Shown: positions 42,469-50,999 of the stretch, piece after piece
Layout of the letters: each line of letters starts with the position of its first letter
Numbering within the stretch: the first letter of the stretch is position 1
Origin: an archaeon
GTDB taxonomy: Archaea; Aenigmatarchaeota; Aenigmatarchaeia; Aenigmatarchaeales; JACQIB01
Length of the DNA: 64,000 nt
Assembly (NCBI GenBank): GCA_035291225.1
Contig: DATDSO010000010.1
Coordinates: 11,163-75,162, forward strand
Direction: 5' to 3'
The notes under the pieces: generated by a model
Told to the model about the DNA's origin: nothing
What the model saw: the letters and a program-made list of their open reading frames with translations, nothing else
Databases searched by the model: none
Program-made: the position numbers and the translations under genes

Positions 42469-42517
42469 CACACAATGATGCGAGCGTGCGCGAGTTTACT
42501 CTGTACGCGAGCCCATC
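42469..42517 (+). repeat. GC-rich hairpin repeat, copy e2
   Basis: CACACAATGATGCGAGCGTGCGCGAGTTTACTCTGTACGCGAGCCCATC. Lies 10 nt upstream of TATA 42527-42534. Confidence 0.75.
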
Positions 42518-42562
42518 CAGAAAATCTTTATAAACTTTCTCTTCTCAAACCAATTGATTAAA

Positions 42563-42751
42563 ATGGTTTCAAAAGGAACATCAAGTTTCGGCAAGCACAA
42601 CAAAATCACGCACATACGCTGCCGAAGGTGTGGACATCACTCTTATCACATAAACAAAAAAACCTGCGCCTACTGCGGATTTCCCGCGCCGAGATTGAGA
42701 AAGTTCGGATGGCAGTGGAAAAGGGTTTTGACGAGAGAGAGAAAGAGATAA
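42563..42751 (+). CDS. rpl37e: 50S ribosomal protein L37e
   Basis: MVSKGTSSFGKHNKITHIRCRRCGHHSYHINKKTCAYCGFPAPRLRKFGWQWK: L37e zinc ribbon. Confidence 0.85.
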   Translation: MVSKGTSSFGKHNKITHIRCRRCGHHSYHINKKTCAYCGFPAPRLRKFGWQWKRVLTRERKR

Positions 42752-42802
42752 TTTTTCTCTCAAAAACAGATTTATATTTCCTTCTGTTCAACAGATTTCT
42801 GC

Positions 42803-42976
42803 GGGCCCATAGCTCAGTCTGGTAGAGCACTCGGCTCTTTGTTCCAAAGAGCAACACGAGCCTTTTTAGCTGTCGGCAAAATCTGAAAGATTTTGCGAGC
42901 TCCCAAAAAAGCTGAAAGCTTTTTGGCGATGAGTAAAACCGAGGGGTCGCGGGTTCGAATCCCGTTGGGCCCACCA
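42803..42976 (+). tRNA. tRNA-Lys(CUU) with about 97-nt anticodon-loop intron; CCA encoded
   Basis: GGGCCCA-TA-GCTC-AGTCTGGTA-GAGC-A-CTCGG-CT-CTT..[about 42840-42936]..AA-CCGAG-GGGTC-GCGGG-TTCGAAT-CCCGT-TGGGCCC-A-CCA. TATA 42771-42778. The exact intron junction is ambiguous. Confidence 0.8.
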
Positions 42977-42993
42977 CAGATGCATCAGACAAC

Positions 42994-43236
42994 GTCGAGG
43001 TGGCTCAGCCTGGTAGAGCACCAGACTCATAAATTTTTTATGAGAATTGATAGCAAAAGCAAAATCTTAAGATTTTGCTGCGCATCGAAATCGCAGATTT
43101 TGATTGCTAACGCTAAATGAAAAAATGAACTCTGGGGGTCGCGGGTTCGAACCCAAGCCTTTTTATCAAAAAAGGCTAGGGCTTATCCAAAAAGGAAAAT
43201 AGCTTCGGATATATGAAACGCCCGCCCTCGACACCA
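42994..43236 (+). tRNA. tRNA-Met (elongator) or Ile2, anticodon CAU, two introns (about 98 nt anticodon loop, about 68 nt T-loop); CCA encoded
   Basis: GTCGAGG-TG-GCTC-AGCCTGGTA-GAGC-A-CCAGA-CTCATA[43032-43129]C-TCTGG-GGGTC-GCGGG-TTCGAAC[43153-43220]CCCGC-CCTCGAC-A-CCA. The anticodon stem lacks the initiator GGG/CCC. Confidence 0.75.
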
Positions 43237-43277
43237 AATTTATAAGAATACTGTTAGATTTAATTTGAGATGATTTC

Positions 43278-44384
43278 ATGGCCATATCAGAACTAATAGG
43301 TATAGATGTTCCGCCGCTTCTAAGAAAATATTTTAACGCTCTTTCTGAAATTGAAAAGAAACATATAAAAGACAGAATAAGTTCTATAAGGTCCAAGTAC
43401 AATTCAATAAAATCTTTGCGGACTCCGAAATATTTTAAGACTCAGGTGGATCCTATGTTTTTCTGTTTTGAGGATCTTCCGTTTTTTGGAAAAGAATACT
43501 GGTTTATGAAATTTACCCCTACCGCACCGAAAGATAACAGGCAGATATTAGCAATGTTCGGGCGCGCCACAGAAAACATGGAAATAAACAGAAAAAAAGT
43601 TATTTCAAGAAAATCCAGCAAAGGCCAGAGTGGATTCATGAGTTGCTGGTATTTCGACCAAAAAAAGAGGGATGTTGCTGATGACAAATGCGAAATTAAA
43701 ATTAATGCCGGAAGCATAGAATCTGACTCTGGGAGCGCTGAAATTATAATGAGAGGGAAATTCCCAAAATATAAAATAATTATAAAAAAGGGCGGCAAAG
43801 AAGTTTCCGATTTGGAGATTACAGAAGCGGCAAAAGATGAAAGCTCTTATGAATTTGAGTCTTTTTTCAAAGCCTTCGCGGGCTTTGCTCTGATAAATTT
43901 AAATTTTAATTTCAAAGGAAAGCTCAATGGGAAAAAAATTCTTGGAAAGTGCTATATTCAAAAAGTTATTGTTGTGGGGCCCTTGGTGCCGTGGTATTGG
44001 GGAAGAGTAACTTTTGAAAACGGCTCAGTTTTGAAGTATTATCTACCCCGGATAGAATTGCTGGGAGTTGATTACAATATTCTTTCGCAATTTGTTTTTT
44101 ATGATTCCAGAACAGGCAAGAAACAGAGCTTCAATGGCCTTAATGTGAAAAAACTTGATGGAGAGCTGCCAAGATTTATGGTGTCAGATTCTGATGGGAA
44201 TATATCCATAATCATAGATACGTATTCTTCTCACAATTTCATTTTCAAAAAAATCGGCACTTTCAATTATTCGGAATTTCTGGGAAGAGTGAAGTATATG
44301 TATATCAACGGCAGGAAAATAGATATTTCAAAACTGGGAAATGGCATAGGTTTGGTGGAAGAAGCTAGCGGCTATGTTCTGTAA
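43278..44384 (+). CDS. Hypothetical protein (368 aa)
   Basis: Long ORF with no confident family. ..GKEYWFMKF.. and ..VPWYWGRVTFENG.. faintly recall AttH/CrtC-like lipocalin folds (weak). Confidence 0.55.
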   Translation: MAISELIGIDVPPLLRKYFNALSEIEKKHIKDRISSIRSKYNSIKSLRTPKYFKTQVDPMFFCFEDLPFFGKEYWFMKFTPTAPKDNRQILAMFGRATENMEINRKKVISRKSSKGQSGFMSCWYFDQKKRDVADDKCEIKINAGSIESDSGSAEIIMRGKFPKYKIIIKKGGKEVSDLEITEAAKDESSYEFESFFKAFAGFALINLNFNFKGKLNGKKILGKCYIQKVIVVGPLVPWYWGRVTFENGSVLKYYLPRIELLGVDYNILSQFVFYDSRTGKKQSFNGLNVKKLDGELPRFMVSDSDGNISIIIDTYSSHNFIFKKIGTFNYSEFLGRVKYMYINGRKIDISKLGNGIGLVEEASGYVL

Positions 44385-45294
44385 GTGTGGATAAAAATTT
44401 CACTGTGTCAACAACAGCCTCTTTGGTGGAAATTCTTGGTTTCCATCCGAAAGATTTTAATTTTTCTATGGACAGCAGCATTAACGGAACATCTCCGGGC
44501 CAGCCCTGGCTTCCGCCAGTATATCTATATTTAACATTTTTCAATCCAAGATTTTCTGCAACAATATCTGCTATCTCCTTTGTTGTTATTTGCTCCTCGC
44601 TTCCAACATTAAAAACTTCTAGATTACCTTTAATTTTTTCTTCCAAGAAAATTGTGGCGTCGGCGCAGTCCGAAACATGCAGATAAGATTTTTTTTGCTT
44701 TCCGTCTCCAAGGATTTCGAGCTCTTTGGGATTTTTTTTCAGTTTTTTGAAAAAATCAAAAACAACTCCATGGGTGGAGTGTGGCCCGATTATGTTGGCG
44801 TATCTGACTATTATTGCCCGCAAACCATAAAGGCGAGAATAAGACGTGATGTAATTTTCGCTTGACGCTTTCGCGGCAGCATAGTTGCTTATCACAGAAA
44901 TTGGCGCTGTTTCCGATGTTGGCATTTCTGCATTTCCGTAAACAACAGAAGAAGAAGCAAAAACTATGGTTTTGACATTATTTTTTCTGCAGGCTTCCAA
45001 AACATTCAATGTTCCGACGGCATCCAGATTAAAATTTTCAACAGGATTATGAAAGCTCTCCCTGACTCTCGGATCGGCAGCAAAATGATAGCAAACCTCC
45101 ACATCTTTAAGCGTGGTTTTTATCTGCTCCGCATTAAGAATATCTCCCTTAATTATTTCGCAATTTGCCGGCAAGTACTCTCTCTTTCCCCCAGAAAAAT
45201 TATCAAAAACAGCAACTTTATTTCCCTCCGCAAGTTTTGCAACCAAGTTGCTGCCGATAAATCCCGCCCCGCCTGTTACCAAAATATTTTTCAT
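44365..45294 (-). CDS. NAD-dependent nucleotide-sugar epimerase/dehydratase
   Basis: ILVTGGAGFIGSNL Rossmann motif and ..YAAAKAS.. (YxxxK); 309 aa. Confidence 0.8.
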   Translation of the reverse strand: MKNILVTGGAGFIGSNLVAKLAEGNKVAVFDNFSGGKREYLPANCEIIKGDILNAEQIKTTLKDVEVCYHFAADPRVRESFHNPVENFNLDAVGTLNVLEACRKNNVKTIVFASSSVVYGNAEMPTSETAPISVISNYAAAKASSENYITSYSRLYGLRAIIVRYANIIGPHSTHGVVFDFFKKLKKNPKELEILGDGKQKKSYLHVSDCADATIFLEEKIKGNLEVFNVGSEEQITTKEIADIVAENLGLKNVKYRYTGGSQGWPGDVPLMLLSIEKLKSFGWKPRISTKEAVVDTVKFLSTLTEHSR

Positions 45295-45303
45295 AAATAT
45301 CTT

Positions 45304-45981
45304 TTATTTATAGTAGCCTCTATCTTCAATTTTTAATTTTATTTTCGCCGCACCTAAAATATAATACTTTATGCAGGTTCTGTAAAAACTTTGCGAAAAC
45401 CTGCGTGTGGATGCCGGCATTGAAATGCTTTTTAGAAATCTTACGCCTCCGAATTTTCTTAATCTGGAACCCATCTCGTAATCCTCCAGAAATCTTGTTC
45501 TGAATGGATTTGCCAAAAGAGTTTTTCTTTCTATAGCCATGTTTGCTCCCCAGAGGCAATTATATCCAAATTTTGCTAGAATTCTAGGAGCCAAATCCGC
45601 CCAAATTTTAAAGCCGAGTTTTTGTTTCAAACCGCCGTCTATTGCTGTAAGAGGACCAGAAACAGCAACTACTTTTCCAGAAATAGCTTTCACTATATTT
45701 TTCACCCAATCTTTTTTTGGAATGCAATCCGCATCGCAGTATGCAACTATTTTTCCTGAAGCCGCTCTTGCCCCAACATTGCGCGCATCTGAAATTCCTT
45801 GGCCATTGTCATAGACAATTTTATCAGCATATTTTTTTGCTATGCTCTCAGTTTTATCAGTAGAGTGCCCGTCGACAATTATTATCTCCGGCTTCAGATT
45901 CTGGCTTTTTAGAGCTTTCAGGCAGGCTTCTATAACTTTTTCTTCATTGCGTGTGCAGACAACAACGCTCACTTCTTTCAT
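45304..45981 (-). CDS. Family 2 glycosyltransferase
   Basis: VSVVVCTRNEEKVIEACL.., ..IIIVDGHSTDKT.., ..YCDADC.. Confidence 0.8.
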   Translation of the reverse strand: MKEVSVVVCTRNEEKVIEACLKALKSQNLKPEIIIVDGHSTDKTESIAKKYADKIVYDNGQGISDARNVGARAASGKIVAYCDADCIPKKDWVKNIVKAISGKVVAVSGPLTAIDGGLKQKLGFKIWADLAPRILAKFGYNCLWGANMAIERKTLLANPFRTRFLEDYEMGSRLRKFGGVRFLKSISMPASTRRFSQSFYRTCIKYYILGAAKIKLKIEDRGYYK

Positions 45982-46011
45982 AATTCTCCCTCAAACTAAA
46001 AATTATTTTAA

Positions 46012-46204
46012 TGGAGCCTCAGGAGAGATTTTCTGTTATATCCAAAAGCAATTTTCCTTTTTGGATAAGCCCTAGACTTTTTCGCGAAAAAGGCTTGGGT
46101 TTGAACTCCCGACTTGCGCATTCTGTGTAACTCCGTCACACAAGCCCGTGCAACAGAGTTGCCCGTTACAAGTGCGCCGCTCTACCGAGCTGAGCCACTG
46201 AGGC
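46012..46204 (-). tRNA. tRNA-Thr(UGU) with two introns (45 nt anticodon loop, 71 nt T-loop); CCA encoded
   Basis: Minus strand: GCCTCAG-TG-GCTC-AGCTCGGTA-GAGC-G-GCGCA-CTTGTA[46166-46122]A-TGCGC-AAGTC-GGGAG-TTCAAAC[46098-46028]CTCTC-CTGAGGC-T-CCA. Confidence 0.75.
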
Positions 46205-46266
46205 ATGAAAACAGTATGTAAAAGAAGGTTTTAAATTATTAACATTTCGGCCATATTTCGTGAAAA

Positions 46267-46776
46267 CTAATCTTCAAACTCAAATGATATCCATCTGAAC
46301 TGGTTTTTTGAAAACTTCGCATACGCCCAATAAAATGTTTCGTGCATAAGAAATATTATAATCGTGTAGACTGCCAGCGCATGATAGCTTGTCCAGCCAT
46401 TGCTATATGCAAAAAGCCCAATATCCACGAGCTTTGCCTCGAGAAAAACTCCGTATAAAATGCTCACAAGCATAAAAACTATGCTAAATCTTGTATGCCT
46501 GTTCGTCGGAAGCATTAGCGACCAAAAAATTCCGCCGAAAAAAGTAATGAACATTATTTCAATTGGAACATAAAAAATATAGAAGCTTCCCTGCAGGCTT
46601 TCCCAGTATCCCGTTATTTTTCCAATATTTTCTAGTATAAAATCGAAGAAACTTAAAAGTAGACCGACTGCGATAGCCGCCTTTACCTTATTTTTGTTCT
46701 TCTTCCAAGAACTTGCGGCAAAGAGAAGCGCTAAAAAAACCGCGCCAAGCTTTATCAATAACCATGCTACTGCCAT
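46267..46776 (-). CDS. Hypothetical integral membrane protein (5-6 TM)
   Basis: Hydrophobic 169-aa ORF. Confidence 0.55.
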   Translation of the reverse strand: MAVAWLLIKLGAVFLALLFAASSWKKNKNKVKAAIAVGLLLSFFDFILENIGKITGYWESLQGSFYIFYVPIEIMFITFFGGIFWSLMLPTNRHTRFSIVFMLVSILYGVFLEAKLVDIGLFAYSNGWTSYHALAVYTIIIFLMHETFYWAYAKFSKNQFRWISFEFED

Positions 46777-46835
46777 ATATTCACCTATATTTTTAGTTAA
46801 GTCTTATTTTTAAATATTACTCTGTAGAATGGAAT

Positions 46836-47705
46836 TTGGAAAAGGTGCGAAAAATGAAACTCAAAGAATATTTCTTTTCAGACACACAAAGATACTCCTG
46901 GCTAAAAAACACGCTCCAATTTCTGGTGGGGGCAACCTTCTTTATTTCCATGTCAAATTCTGCAGACATTTTGAAAATTTTAATATCATTGATTGGGGCA
47001 GTAATGGCTTATCATTCTGTTTATGGCCTCAATGATATTATAGATTTGAAAGAAGATTCTAAAAATCCTCTGAAGCGTTCGGTAAAAAAAGTTGCCAGAG
47101 GCGAAATAACAATAGAAGAGCAGGCTTCCAGAATATTCCTACATGAAGTTATAGGGCTTTCAATATGCTTTTATGTCAGCATGGTTTTCGGTCTTCTCAT
47201 AGCGGCCGCGCTGGTTTTGAATTTTTTTCATTCCTATAAACCGTTTGGAATAAAAAACACCCCGTTTGGCATGATTAATTTATTTTTGATAGAATCGATA
47301 AAATTTTCATCCCTGTGGTTTGCTCTCGGCGGAGGCTTTGGAAATTTCCCATATTTCTTAGTCATCTGCATTTCTGCGATCTATTCTGTTTCTTATTTTA
47401 TTTATAAAAAAGAGGGGGACCTGAGCTTTATCAGGAGCAGGCGTTCAATGATATTTTTTGCAGTAATAATTCTTTCCTATTTTTCATCTTTCTATTATTA
47501 TCAGCAGCTAAGAATAACCGCCCTCGCGATTTTGCCTGTATTTTTTCTGCCATTGTTGATAAAAAAATCTGCGAATGTGGAGTCCAGAATAAGAACAGGC
47601 TCTGAATTTACTTTGCTGATTTTGCTTATTTTGAACTTGGCGAATCTTTCGCCAATGATTGAGCTGTTCAAATCTATCAGCATATTTTTGGCTTCTCTTT
47701 TCTAG
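46836..47705 (+). CDS. UbiA-family prenyltransferase-like membrane protein, paralogue 1
   Basis: ..YGLNDIIDLKEDSKNP.. fits NDxxDxxxD; about 8 TM. TTG 46836 is about 25 nt from TATA; alternative ATG 46854 has an AGGTG SD. Ends ..LASLF like its neighbour. Confidence 0.6.
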   Translation: MEKVRKMKLKEYFFSDTQRYSWLKNTLQFLVGATFFISMSNSADILKILISLIGAVMAYHSVYGLNDIIDLKEDSKNPLKRSVKKVARGEITIEEQASRIFLHEVIGLSICFYVSMVFGLLIAAALVLNFFHSYKPFGIKNTPFGMINLFLIESIKFSSLWFALGGGFGNFPYFLVICISAIYSVSYFIYKKEGDLSFIRSRRSMIFFAVIILSYFSSFYYYQQLRITALAILPVFFLPLLIKKSANVESRIRTGSEFTLLILLILNLANLSPMIELFKSISIFLASLF

Positions 47706-47744
47706 AGAATTTAAATAGAAAAAACAAATTAATCAAGATAGACA

Positions 47745-48596
47745 ATGAATGCAACAAGTACTTTTATCTACAACAACCACAATTTTCATTTTATAAAGAA
47801 TATTTTGCAGTTTTTTGTAGGTATAACCTTATTGCTTCTCACGGGAGCGGATATGGACTTAATGAAAGTCGTTTTGGCAACGATTGGGTTTGTCGTGGCC
47901 TATCAGTCAGTTTATAGTCTAAATGATATTTCAGACCTTTCTGAGGACCGTTCAGACAAAATCAAAAGAATGATAAAACCCCTTGCGAGAGGGGAAAGAA
48001 GTATAGAAGATCAGGTTGGAAGAATGTTCCTTTACCTCGTCATCGGCCTCTCATTCAGTTTCTATGTAAATATATTTTTTGGTTTCATCATGGTGCTTCT
48101 TTTATTTTTTAATTTCCTCCATTCTTACAGGCCTCTGGGTTTGAAAAAAACGCCCCTATCGCTTGTGAATATTATTTTTATAGAAGCAATAAAATTTTCT
48201 GCCGGCTGGCTTGCGGTGGGAGGAGATTTTTTTAAAATACCTTATTTTGTAATTTTTGCCATATCTGGAGCATATACGCTTTCGTATGTCGTCTACAAAA
48301 ATAATATAGAACTCTCATCAATGCTAAAAAAACGCTCTTTGCTCATTTCTGCGATGGTTTTGATTTCTTATTTGGCCTCCCTTTTTTTGTATAAAAATTT
48401 GAGACTGACTCTTTTCGGAGTGGTAATTATTCTGTTATTTCCCTATCTAATGAAGCGTGAAAATGAGGTAGAATCGAAATTTCGTAGCGCATTTTTTTTC
48501 ACATTTTTCATTTTGTTGGTCTTCAATATTTTGAATATCATATCTCTTTATGAGCCGTTTGCCTCAATAAACCTCTGGCTTGCTTCTCTCTTCTAG
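47745..48596 (+). CDS. UbiA-family prenyltransferase-like membrane protein, paralogue 2
   Basis: ..YSLNDISDLSEDRSDK.. fits NDxxDxxxD. Collinear similarity to 46836..47705 (ARGE..IE(E/D)Q, FHSYKPFG/LHSYRPLG, C-terminal LASLF). Confidence 0.6.
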   Translation: MNATSTFIYNNHNFHFIKNILQFFVGITLLLLTGADMDLMKVVLATIGFVVAYQSVYSLNDISDLSEDRSDKIKRMIKPLARGERSIEDQVGRMFLYLVIGLSFSFYVNIFFGFIMVLLLFFNFLHSYRPLGLKKTPLSLVNIIFIEAIKFSAGWLAVGGDFFKIPYFVIFAISGAYTLSYVVYKNNIELSSMLKKRSLLISAMVLISYLASLFLYKNLRLTLFGVVIILLFPYLMKRENEVESKFRSAFFFTFFILLVFNILNIISLYEPFASINLWLASLF

Positions 48597-48606
48597 AAAA
48601 TTTTAG

Positions 48607-48724
48607 TGGTGGGGTCGGAGTGATTTGAACACTCACAAGCAGTTGCCTTCATTCATCGCCGAAGCTCGTTTCTCCAAAAAGAAACATTGGAGACTGCCGT
48701 CATACCAGGTTAGACCACGACCCC
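48607..48724 (-). tRNA. tRNA-Trp(CCA) with about 41-nt anticodon-loop intron; CCA end encoded
   Basis: Minus strand: GGGGTCG-TG-GTCTAACCTGGTATGAC-G-GCAGT-CTCCAA[intron]A-ACTGC-TTGT-GAGTG-TTCAAAT-CACTC-CGACCCC-A-CCA. Confidence 0.75.
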
Positions 48725-48748
48725 TTTATGAAAAATTGCCACAGCACT

Positions 48749-48756
48749 TTTATAAA
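48749..48756. promoter_or_regulatory. Palindromic TATA box (TTTATAAA) shared by tRNA-Trp (minus) and HIT gene (plus)
   Basis: Box centre is 28.5 nt from the tRNA 5' end (48724) and 27.5 nt from ATG 48780. Confidence 0.5.
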
Positions 48757-48779
48757 CTTGCTATGCAGAAAAATTATCC

Positions 48780-49178
48780 ATGGAAAACTGTATTTTTTGC
48801 GCAATAGTTGCAGGCAAAGTTCCGGCCTTCAAAATTTATGAAGACGAAAAATTTCTGGCTTTTCTGGATATACGGCCGCTGAATCCGGGCCACACTCTGC
48901 TAATTCCAAAAACTCACTACCGCTGGGTTTGGGATGTTCCAGATGCAGGAGAATATTTTGAGGTCGTGAAAAAAATTGCCACTGCGATGAAAAAATCCTT
49001 TCAGACAGAGTGGGTTGTTTCTACAGTAATCGGCGAGGCAGTTGAGCATGCGCACATACAAATTATTCCGCGTTTCCCCGAGGATGGGCATGGCGGCGCA
49101 ATAAATTGGACTGCTCACAAACAAATTGCGAAAGAACAAATGGAATATCTGGCAGAGAAGATTAAGGAAGCTTTATAG
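48780..49178 (+). CDS. HIT-family (histidine triad) nucleotide hydrolase/transferase
   Basis: ..CIFCAIVAGKVPAFKIYEDEKFLAFLDIRPLNPGHTLLIPK.. and triad ..EHAHIQIIP.. Confidence 0.85.
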   Translation: MENCIFCAIVAGKVPAFKIYEDEKFLAFLDIRPLNPGHTLLIPKTHYRWVWDVPDAGEYFEVVKKIATAMKKSFQTEWVVSTVIGEAVEHAHIQIIPRFPEDGHGGAINWTAHKQIAKEQMEYLAEKIKEAL

Positions 49179-49185
49179 CAAAATT

Positions 49186-50769
49186 TTAATTTTTACTGCA
49201 GCAGGCTTCAATAAATCCAAAGAAAAGCGGAGACGGTTTTTCTGGACGGCTTTTAAGTTCCGGATGGGCCTGCGTGCCAACAAAAAATTTATGGTTAGAG
49301 ATCTCTATGAATTCCGGTAAATTTTTATACATACCAGAAAATACAAGACCTTTTTCTTCAAGAATACGGACAAATTTTGGGTTGACTTCAAACCTATGTC
49401 TGTGCCTTTCCACTGCTTCGGCGCTCCCATAGAGTTTTCTTACCAAAGACCCATTTTTTAAAACAGCAGCATAGTCTCCTAGCCTCATTGTTCCGCCCTT
49501 TTTATCAACATGTTCCTGCTCCGGCATTAAGAAAACAACAGGAAATTTCGTTTTGGGATTTATTTCAGTGCTGTTTGCCCCGGCAAGGCCGGCAACATTT
49601 CTGGCGAACTCGACCACTGCCAGCTGCATGCCGAAACATAATCCAAGGAACGGCAAATTATTTTCCCTCGCGAACTTTACACACTCAATCTTTCCTTCTG
49701 TTCCTCTGGCTCCGAAACCCCCAGGAATAATTATGCCATCAGCTTCCTTCAAAGCCTCGGATGCAGAAATCTTTTTATTTTCAACCTCGGTTGTTTCAAC
49801 AAAACCTATTTCAACCTTGCATGAAAGGTGCGCGCCTGCATGCTTGAGCGCTTCAGACAAACTGTAATAACTATCTTTCAGCTCAGTGTATTTTCCGCAA
49901 ATCTTTATCCTAACAGTCTTCTTCGCATCCTTCATTTCAGACACAACTTTATACCACGGCTTTAAGTCATATTTCAATTTTATGCCGAGCTTCTCTTCAA
50001 TTAATTTCGGCACGCCCTCCTTTTCAAAAAGCAGGGGAAGTTCATAAATAAATTTCATATCAGGATTGCTGACAACTTCTTCTTTTCTCAGGTTTGAGTA
50101 GAGGGCAATTTTTTCCCTTACACGCTCGCTCAAAATATTTTTGGACCTGCAGACAAGAATGTCCGGCTGTATTCCCGCCTGCCTCAGCATCTGAACAGAC
50201 TGTTGAGTTGGCTTGCTTTTTTGCTCACCCACAGAATCCAGAACAGGAATGTATGTCACATGAGCAAAAAATGCGCCCTTTTTTTCTTCCATCCAAATTT
50301 GCCTTGCAGCCTCTATGTAAAGTTGATTTTCAATATCCCCAACTGTGCCGCCAATCTCAATTAACAAAATATCTGCTTTTTCCTCTCTTGCTATTTTTTT
50401 CCAAACTCTTTTTATTTCATCCACAACATGCGGAACCATCTGCACGGTTTTTCCCAAAAATTCCCCCTTCCTTTCTTTCTCAATAATGGAATTGAAAATT
50501 TTTCCCATTGTGAGGTTCCAGTCTTTTTTGCACTCGATTCCAAGAAAGCGCTCATAGTGGCCGAAATCCATATCAACCTCTCCGCCATCTTTCAGCACAA
50601 AGACTTCCCCATGTTCAATCGGATTCATTGTTCCGGGGTCAACGTTGAGGTATCCATCGCACTTTACAGGAATGATTTTGTGATTTTCAAAGAATCTTCC
50701 AATAGTGGCAGATACGACTCCCTTACCAATTCCAGATAGAACCCCGCCCGTAATGAAAATCCATTTCAC
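49186..50769 (-). CDS. pyrG: CTP synthase
   Basis: MKWIFITGGVLSGIGKG.. N-terminus and a glutamine amidotransferase domain ..PFLGLCFGMQLAV..; 527 aa. Confidence 0.9.
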   Translation of the reverse strand: MKWIFITGGVLSGIGKGVVSATIGRFFENHKIIPVKCDGYLNVDPGTMNPIEHGEVFVLKDGGEVDMDFGHYERFLGIECKKDWNLTMGKIFNSIIEKERKGEFLGKTVQMVPHVVDEIKRVWKKIAREEKADILLIEIGGTVGDIENQLYIEAARQIWMEEKKGAFFAHVTYIPVLDSVGEQKSKPTQQSVQMLRQAGIQPDILVCRSKNILSERVREKIALYSNLRKEEVVSNPDMKFIYELPLLFEKEGVPKLIEEKLGIKLKYDLKPWYKVVSEMKDAKKTVRIKICGKYTELKDSYYSLSEALKHAGAHLSCKVEIGFVETTEVENKKISASEALKEADGIIIPGGFGARGTEGKIECVKFARENNLPFLGLCFGMQLAVVEFARNVAGLAGANSTEINPKTKFPVVFLMPEQEHVDKKGGTMRLGDYAAVLKNGSLVRKLYGSAEAVERHRHRFEVNPKFVRILEEKGLVFSGMYKNLPEFIEISNHKFFVGTQAHPELKSRPEKPSPLFFGFIEACCSKN

Positions 50770-50848
50770 AAAAGCCCGAACAAACTTCTCGACAGCGATT
50801 TAAATTCTTTTCGGTTGGAAGGGCCATAAATTTTTAATTATGAAAAAT

Positions 50849-50960
50849 TGGTGCGCCGTCTGGGATTTGAATTCCTGTGCACTTTTCGGTGCAACCCAGG
50901 TCATGAGCTTGCTTCTAATTTTGATGGAAGGCTCAGATCCTACCACTAGACAAACGGCGC
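50849..50960 (-). tRNA. tRNA-Gly(UCC) with two mini-introns (15 nt anticodon loop, 23 nt at T-stem/T-loop junction); CCA encoded
   Basis: Minus strand: GCGCCGT-TT-GTCT-AGTGGTA-GGAT-C-TGAGC-CTTCCA[50924-50910]A-GCTCA-TGAC-CTGGG[50894-50872]TTCAAAT-CCCAG-ACGGCGC-A-CCA. Confidence 0.7.
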
Positions 50961-50999
50961 CCACATCTATTTTTATTTAGCAGAGCTTTAAATAAGTTC

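Noticed and set aside
42606-43402. ORFs 42606..42992(-), 42893..43120(+) and 43166..43402(-)
   Set aside because: They lie across the tRNA-Lys and tRNA-Met genes and their long introns. They have no start signals and no protein motifs.
43221-46027. tRNA-flanked 2.8-kb segment as an integrated mobile element
   Set aside because: No integrase or transposase is present, and there is no direct repeat of a tRNA 3' half. The genes are ordinary (epimerase, GT2). The inverted repeats are better explained as homologous tRNA introns.
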